From Bacteroidota bacterium (GTDB lineage: Bacteria; Bacteroidota; Ignavibacteria; SZUA-365), in NCBI GenBank assembly GCA_018224415.1, contig JAGTUZ010000078.1:1-49566 (forward strand): a DNA stretch of 49,566 nt, read 5' to 3'. Below, piece after piece: positions 44,579-49,566 of this stretch. The position numbers were made by a program, and so were the translations under genes. The first letter of the stretch is position 1. Every line of letters starts with the position of its first letter. The notes under the pieces were generated by a model, which did no database searches, was not told where the DNA came from, and saw only the letters and a program-made list of their open reading frames with translations.

Positions 44579-44655
44579 AGGAATTACCATCCTCGAAACA
44601 CTTGACGGCAACTCTCCAACCCATTCAGCCCGGGTACGGAGATTTCGCGTCACCC

Positions 44656-45948
44656 TCACCCATTTTTTGCGATCGCCTGTAGACTCTCGCGGTTTGCCTC
44701 GATGGTGCGAGCGATGTCTTCGTCGCTGTGCATGATCGAGAGGAAGGCCGCCTCGAACTGCGACGGGGCGAGGTAGATGCCGCGCTGCAGCATCTCGGAG
44801 AAGTAGCTGCCGTAGATGCCGGTGTCGCAGGTCTTCGCGTCGTCCCAGTTCGTGACTGGGCGCTCGGTGAAGAACAGCGTGAACATCGAACCCACGCGGT
44901 TGCTCACATACGGCAGGCCCAGCTCGTCGAGATTCGTCTGTATGCCGGCGACCAGCGTGGCGGCACGGGCCTCGAGTGTGGGATAGAGTTCCGCGTCCTC
45001 GGTGAGGATGCGAAGGGTTTCGAGTCCGGCGGTCATGGCAAGCGGATTGCCGGAGAGCGTGCCGGCCTGGTACATGGGACCGGCGGGCGCGACCATCTCC
45101 ATGATGTCGCGGCGTCCGCCGTAGGCGCCGACGGGGAGTCCGCCGCCGATGATCTTGCCGAGCGTGGTCAGGTCGGGCGTGACGCCGAACAGCTGCTGCG
45201 CGCCACCCGGGGCCACGCGGAAGCCGGTCATCACTTCGTCGAAAACGAGCAGGATACCCTCGCGCGTGCAGAGGTCGCGCAGTCCTTCGAGGAAGCCGTC
45301 GGCCGGGGGAACGCAGCCCATGTTGCCGACCACGGGCTCGAGGATCACGCAGGCGATCTGGTCGGGGAAGGCCTTCACCAGCGCCTCGACGGAAGCGAGG
45401 TCGTTGTAGCGCGCGGTGAGCGTGTCGCGTGCGGTGGCCGGGGTGACGCCCGGTGAATCGGGCAGTCCCAGCGTGGCCACGCCGGATCCCGCCTTGATCA
45501 GGAAGGAGTCGGCGTGTCCGTGATAGCAACCCTCGAACTTCAGGATTTTCTCGCGATGCGTGAACGCCCGGGCGAGGCGGATGGCCGACAGCGTCGCCTC
45601 CGTGCCGGAATTCACCATGCGCACCATTTCGATGGAGGGCACCATGTCGATGATCTTCCGGGCCAGCTGGTTCTCCAGCTCGGTCGGCGCGCCGAAGCTG
45701 GTCGCCCTGTCGAGCTGCGCGTGCAGCGCGGCAACGACGCGCGGATGCGAGTGGCCGAGGATGAAGGGTCCCCAACTGCCGATGTAATCGATGTATTCGT
45801 TGCCGTCGACGTCACGGAGCTTCGAGCCGGAGGCCGACTCCATGAACACGGGCTGTCCGCCCACGGCGCGGAACGCGCGCACGGGGGAGTTGACGCCGCC
45901 GGGCAGCAGCGTCAACGCTTCGCTGAAAAGGGTCTTGCTCTTGTTCAT
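44656..45948 (-). CDS. hemL: glutamate-1-semialdehyde 2,1-aminomutase
   Basis: [13 protein letters not shown] and the PLP-lysine region [17 protein letters not shown]. 430 aa. Confidence 0.93.
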   Translation of the reverse strand: MNKSKTLFSEALTLLPGGVNSPVRAFRAVGGQPVFMESASGSKLRDVDGNEYIDYIGSWGPFILGHSHPRVVAALHAQLDRATSFGAPTELENQLARKIIDMVPSIEMVRMVNSGTEATLSAIRLARAFTHREKILKFEGCYHGHADSFLIKAGSGVATLGLPDSPGVTPATARDTLTARYNDLASVEALVKAFPDQIACVILEPVVGNMGCVPPADGFLEGLRDLCTREGILLVFDEVMTGFRVAPGGAQQLFGVTPDLTTLGKIIGGGLPVGAYGGRRDIMEMVAPAGPMYQAGTLSGNPLAMTAGLETLRILTEDAELYPTLEARAATLVAGIQTNLDELGLPYVSNRVGSMFTLFFTERPVTNWDDAKTCDTGIYGSYFSEMLQRGIYLAPSQFEAAFLSIMHSDEDIARTIEANRESLQAIAKNG

Positions 45949-46640
45949 TCTTCCTTGGATTCGGGATATAGGTCTTCTTTCATCACCATCACGTCTCCCT
46001 GCAGCGCCGTGACGATGTTGCGGAGGTTGTTCATTTCTTTCTGGAACTGCTTGAGCGTCTCGCGCAGCTCGGCCACTTCGGAACGCAGGGAAACGCCGCC
46101 TTCGGCGGGTGTTTCGCCCTCCGCCGCGGAGTCGTCGTAGATGAAGAAACGGTGGCGGTAGCGCGTTTCCTTCTGACCCAACGCGCGCGGCGCTTCCTCG
46201 ATGTATGGATTGTCACGGTTGAGCAGGCTGTCCATGGTCTGCTGCGCCGCCTCCATCGAGGAGAAGGTGAACTGCCGTCCCGAGCGCGCGCGGATCTCGC
46301 CGGTGGTCTGCGGACCGCGGAGCATGAGAATGCTCATGGCCGCCGCCTGCGCGGGCGAAAGGCCGAGGCCGTTCTGTCCGGCCCGGTGCATGTACTTGAG
46401 CGTGCGGCCGGTGCCCGAGGCGAAAGCCACCAGTCCCTTGCCGCGCAGCTCGGTCAGGGCGTCCTCGACGATGTCATCATCGAATTCGACCACCGGTTCG
46501 CGGCTGGATTTCTGGTTGCAGGCGTTCAGAAGGGCATTGAGCGTCATCGGGTAGTATTCCGGAGTCGCCTGGCTTTTTTCAATCAGCGCGCCGAGCACGC
46601 GGATCTCTTCCGTCGTCAGGATCGGGAGCGGCTGTGACAT
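45945..46640 (-). CDS. yceH: YceH/DUF480-family protein
   Basis: [44 protein letters not shown] is the characteristic YceH N-terminus. The C-terminus is a coiled coil. Its stop overlaps the hemL start (ATGA). Confidence 0.8.
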   Translation of the reverse strand: MSQPLPILTTEEIRVLGALIEKSQATPEYYPMTLNALLNACNQKSSREPVVEFDDDIVEDALTELRGKGLVAFASGTGRTLKYMHRAGQNGLGLSPAQAAAMSILMLRGPQTTGEIRARSGRQFTFSSMEAAQQTMDSLLNRDNPYIEEAPRALGQKETRYRHRFFIYDDSAAEGETPAEGGVSLRSEVAELRETLKQFQKEMNNLRNIVTALQGDVMVMKEDLYPESKEE

Positions 46641-46670
46641 GCGGTTCTCTCTCGTTCGTGGCGGTTCATT

Positions 46671-47675
46671 TCATTTCAGGAGCCTTGCGGCTTCCTTGGC
46701 GAAGTAGGTCAGCATCATGTCGGCGCCGGCGCGCTTGATACCGATGAGTGATTCCATCATCACGCGATCATGATCGATCCACCCGTTCAATGCGCCGGCC
46801 TTGATCATCGCGTACTCGCCGCTCACCTGGTAGGCGGCCGTGGGCATGCCGAACTCGTCCTTCACCCGGCGGATGATGTCGAGATACGGACCGGCGGGCT
46901 TGACCATGACGATGTCGGCGCCTTCCTCGATGTCGATGGCCACCTCGCGAATAGCCTCGTCGCTGTTGGCGGGGTCCATCTGATGCGAGCGCCGGTCGCC
47001 GAACGCCGGCGCGGAATCGGCCGCGTCGCGGAAGGGACCGTAGTAGCCCGAGGAGTACTTGGCGGCATAGGACATGATCGGCAGATTGGTGAAGCCGCTG
47101 TCGTCGAGCGCGGCGCGGATGACCGCCACGCGGCCGTCCATCATGTCCGACGGCGCGACCATGTCGGCCCCCGCCTCGGCATGCGAGAGGGCTTCCTTCG
47201 CGAGCAGCTCCAGCGTGGCGTCGTTGACGATTTCCTCGCCGCGCACGATGCCGCAGTGTCCGTGCGAGGTGTATTCGCACATGCACACGTCGGTGATCAC
47301 CACCAGCTGCGGCACGGCCTTCTTGATCTTGCGCACCGCTTCCTGCACCACGCCGTTCGGGTCCCAGGCCTCGGAACCGGTTTCGTCCTTGTGCTTCGGG
47401 ATGCCAAAGAGAATGATCGCGGGGATGCCGAGCTTGAAGACCTCGCGCGACTCCTTCACCGCCTCGTCGACGGAGAGATTGAACACGCCGGGCATGGACT
47501 TCACTTCCCTGCGCACGCCCGAGCCGGGCACAACAAACAGCGGGTAGATGAAATCCTTCGGAGTGAGCACGGTTTCCCGCACCATCGAGCGCAGGCCCTC
47601 GGTCATACGCGTGCGCCGCGTGCGGATGAATTCGGTGTATGGGGTGAAAAAGGAATCGCCGGTCTGCATGGGCAT
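46671..47675 (-). CDS. hemB: porphobilinogen synthase (delta-aminolevulinate dehydratase), Zn-type
   Basis: Cys-rich metal site [14 protein letters not shown] and Schiff-base lysine region [14 protein letters not shown]. Confidence 0.93.
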   Translation of the reverse strand: MPMQTGDSFFTPYTEFIRTRRTRMTEGLRSMVRETVLTPKDFIYPLFVVPGSGVRREVKSMPGVFNLSVDEAVKESREVFKLGIPAIILFGIPKHKDETGSEAWDPNGVVQEAVRKIKKAVPQLVVITDVCMCEYTSHGHCGIVRGEEIVNDATLELLAKEALSHAEAGADMVAPSDMMDGRVAVIRAALDDSGFTNLPIMSYAAKYSSGYYGPFRDAADSAPAFGDRRSHQMDPANSDEAIREVAIDIEEGADIVMVKPAGPYLDIIRRVKDEFGMPTAAYQVSGEYAMIKAGALNGWIDHDRVMMESLIGIKRAGADMMLTYFAKEAARLLK

Positions 47676-47783
47676 TATGGATATTGGTGAACGGAAAACC
47701 TCGTATCATTCAAAAGTACGTTTCCCCGCGCAAAGGGGAAAGGGCGGGACGGGTTTTTCCCCAAAACGGATTCCCGCATGCGG

Positions 47784-47812
47784 TTGCATCGTCAAAATGG
47801 TATGAATATATT
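47784..47812 (+). promoter_or_regulatory. sigma-70-type promoter of the toxin-antitoxin operon
   Basis: TTGCAT-N17-TATATT. An RBS ggagg lies 5 nt before ATG 47830. Confidence 0.55.
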
Positions 47813-47819
47813 GCATACC
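47799..47819 (+). promoter_or_regulatory. inverted repeat (candidate antitoxin operator) spanning the -10 box
   Basis: ggtatg-N9-catacc is centred on TATATT. Confidence 0.4.
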
Positions 47820-47829
47820 GGAGGCAATC

Positions 47830-48072
47830 ATGTCAAAAACAAAAATCGCCATCGCCGTCAGCCCGTCACTACTCGCGCGCCTCGACTCTATCGTGGCGGA
47901 GGGCGGCTACCCGAGTCGCAGCCAGGCGGTGGAAGCAGCGATCGAGGAGAAACTCCGGCGTCTCGATCGCTCCCGTCTTGCGCGGGAATGCGCGAAACTC
48001 GATCCGGAATTCGAAAAGGCCCTCGCCGAAGAGGGTATGGGACTGGAGCTTGAGGAATGGCCCGAATACTGA
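47830..48072 (+). CDS. ribbon-helix-helix (CopG-like) antitoxin
   Basis: 80 aa. The N-terminal beta-strand and two helices fit the RHH pattern (KIAIAVSPSLLARLDSIVAEGGYPSRSQAVEAAIEEKL). Acidic C-terminal tail. Overlaps the toxin gene by 16 nt. Confidence 0.8.
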   Translation: MSKTKIAIAVSPSLLARLDSIVAEGGYPSRSQAVEAAIEEKLRRLDRSRLARECAKLDPEFEKALAEEGMGLELEEWPEY

Positions 48073-48395
48073 GAGGGGAGATACGATGGGCGGATCTTGA
48101 TCCGGTGCGTGGCCAGGAAAAGGCGGGAAAACGTCCGGTGCTCATCCTGAGTCAGGATGTATTCAACGAACGCTCGGGCACCGTGATCGCGATGGCGATC
48201 ACGAGTCAGGAAGGACGTGCCGGCTTCCCGTTGACACTCAAATTGGAAGATCAGACGCTGTCCAAAACCTCCTGGGTCAAGATCAGCCAGATACGCACGC
48301 TGTCTGTCGAGCGCATCGGTCGTCGCCTCGGACGCGTGTCCCCGGAGCAGATGGCCCTCATCATCGAAGGATTGAATGAAATCATCGACGGCTGA
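48057..48395 (+). CDS. mazF: MazF/PemK-family endoribonuclease toxin
   Basis: 112 aa. RGEIRWADLDPVRGQEKAGKRPVLILSQDVFN...VIAMAITSQ matches the PemK/MazF core pattern. Confidence 0.88.
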   Translation: MARILRGEIRWADLDPVRGQEKAGKRPVLILSQDVFNERSGTVIAMAITSQEGRAGFPLTLKLEDQTLSKTSWVKISQIRTLSVERIGRRLGRVSPEQMALIIEGLNEIIDG

Positions 48396-49566
48396 TCAGG
48401 CCGTGATGCGGTCCACCACCCCGTGCGCGGACTTGATGCAATCTCCCACCGAAATCCCCCCGCGATAATTCGCGCAATAGTACAGACCGGGACGTGCTTC
48501 CTCGACGCGGTCGATCACGGCCATGCGCTCGAGATGCCCGTGCACGTACTGGGGGATGGCGTGCTTCCAGCTGGTGACGTGGATGAAATCGGGTTTCATC
48601 GGTGTACCCAGCAGCGCCTGCTGCTCGGCGAGCGCGGTCTGCGCGATCTCGTCGTCGGACCTGAGCGCCTCTTCGGGCTGCCGCATGCCGCCGATGAAGG
48701 TGGTCAGATGCACGCGTCCCTCGGGTGCGCGCTTTCGGAAGATGGTGCTGGAGAAGATAGTGCCGAGGATGCGGCGCTTCTCGACCTTCGGAATCAGGAA
48801 GCCAAAGCCGTCGAGCGGATGCATGCCCTCCGTTGGGGTGAAACCGGTGATGACCTCGGCCACGGGGGGATAAGGGATATCGGATAATACGGTCCCCAAT
48901 TCCGGTGCGATGTCCTTGGAAAGTTCGGCCGCCGCTTCCGTCGGCGTCGCGATGATGACGTCGCGCGCTGTGGCGGTTTGCTCGGCACCGTCGTGGCGGT
49001 AGCGCACGATGTAGCGGTTGGAGCCTGCAGCGGCATTACCGGCCGCGATATCAGCCGCAGCTTCGTTGCCAGCCTCCGTGGAGCCCGCAGTCACGGCGAG
49101 CACATCCACGGAATGCAGTTTTTCGGTGAGGGCGTTCGCCAGCGCGTCGGTGAGCGTCTGCATGCCGTCGAGGAAGGAGAACATGCGGGCGGACTGTTTG
49201 CTCTCTTCGTTGCGTTTCTTGCGTTCCTTCGCGCCCTTGATCTGTCCCTTGATCAGGCTGCCGTATTTCTGCTCGAGTTCGAAGAGCTTCGGGAAGGCCG
49301 CGCGCACGCTGAGCAGATCGGGATCACCGGCGTACACGCCCGCCACGAAGGGATTGATCGCGTAGTCGAGAAACTCCTGGCCCAGCCGGCGACGGACGAA
49401 ATCCGAGACGCTTTCCTGTGCGTCGGGTTTCGAGGGCGGAATGAAGGGTTCGCGGAACAGCCCAAGCTTGGCGTTCCAGGAGAAGAGCTTCGTCGCGAAA
49501 AACGCCGGTGGCGACATCGGCAGAGGAGTCAGCGCACCGTCACGGAGGATGTAGCGGTTTTTCGAA
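48396..49566 (-). CDS. hemY: protoporphyrinogen/coproporphyrinogen oxidase (HemY/PPOX family), C-terminal about 390 codons; 5' end beyond the right edge
   Basis: The tracked ORF 48396..49517 stays open upstream to the window edge (FEKNRYILRDGALTPLPMSPP...). PPOX-like segments AINPFVAGVYAGDPDLLS and YCANYRGGISVGDCI. The FAD-binding N-terminus is not in the window. Confidence 0.85.
   Translation of the reverse strand, partial: SKNRYILRDGALTPLPMSPPAFFATKLFSWNAKLGLFREPFIPPSKPDAQESVSDFVRRRLGQEFLDYAINPFVAGVYAGDPDLLSVRAAFPKLFELEQKYGSLIKGQIKGAKERKKRNEESKQSARMFSFLDGMQTLTDALANALTEKLHSVDVLAVTAGSTEAGNEAAADIAAGNAAAGSNRYIVRYRHDGAEQTATARDVIIATPTEAAAELSKDIAPELGTVLSDIPYPPVAEVITGFTPTEGMHPLDGFGFLIPKVEKRRILGTIFSSTIFRKRAPEGRVHLTTFIGGMRQPEEALRSDDEIAQTALAEQQALLGTPMKPDFIHVTSWKHAIPQYVHGHLERMAVIDRVEEARPGLYYCANYRGGISVGDCIKSAHGVVDRITA

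Noticed and set aside
43187-44592. The 8-mer taccatcc on both flanks of the low-GC lipoprotein gene, considered as target-site duplication.
   Set aside because: An 8-nt match between two short flanks is within chance expectation. There are no inverted repeats, integrase or tRNA.
44195-45775. 526-aa minus-strand ORF; also 46768..47709 (minus) and 46770..47690 (plus).
   Set aside because: These are out-of-frame or antisense overlaps of hemL and hemB, whose correct frames carry diagnostic motifs. The products are extremely Arg/Pro/Gly-rich.

Overview
This is a 49.6-kb, high-GC chromosomal segment. My hand counts of typical 60-nt lines give about 60% G+C or more. It is densely coded on both strands, with about 46 CDS. 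I recognised no rRNA, tRNA, CRISPR array, transposase or integrase.

The content is mostly housekeeping:
- NUDIX hydrolase, an HEXXH lipoprotein peptidase and NDH-2
- class I fumarate hydratase plus gmhA, and a MarR regulator
- a Na+/solute symporter, a GH13 pullulanase and a tandem-Usp protein
- comF, ispG, a rhomboid protease, pgk, gap and an LCP protein
- a MetH-like protein made only of the B12-binding and reactivation modules
- an Rrf2 regulator
- a long plus-strand run: miaB, SPOR protein, MBL hydrolase, sigma-54 activator, LptE-like lipoprotein, GT2, TPR protein, isochorismatase
- an M16 peptidase pair, a HAD hydrolase and a PAP2-like protein
- a eukaryote-type UDP-glucose pyrophosphorylase plus a small CXXCH protein
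- a haem cluster (hemB-yceH-hemL and hemY) interrupted by a mazEF-type toxin-antitoxin cassette

Three secreted proteins end in type IX secretion C-terminal sorting domains. Together with the LptE-like lipoprotein, this suggests a high-GC member of the FCB group (Bacteroidota/Rhodothermota/Ignavibacteriota-like). That placement is inference only.

Many long ORFs in the supplied track are antisense shadows or 5' over-extensions of real genes, and I corrected starts where the sequence supports it. Nine intergenic sites fit one promoter pattern (TTGnnn-N17-TAnnnT), and nine strong hairpin terminators are visible.

I did not find a convincing novel multi-gene system such as a defence island or mobile element. 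The best leads are:
- an Rrf2 Fe-S regulator fused to a histone-H1-like KKAPA repeat tail
- the mazEF cassette wedged stop-to-stop against hemY
- a split MetH
- a sensor-less sigma-54 activator translationally coupled to an MBL hydrolase and an LptE-like lipoprotein, with one candidate -24/-12 promoter elsewhere in the window
- a low-GC orphan lipoprotein gene
- several structured or repetitive intergenic regions
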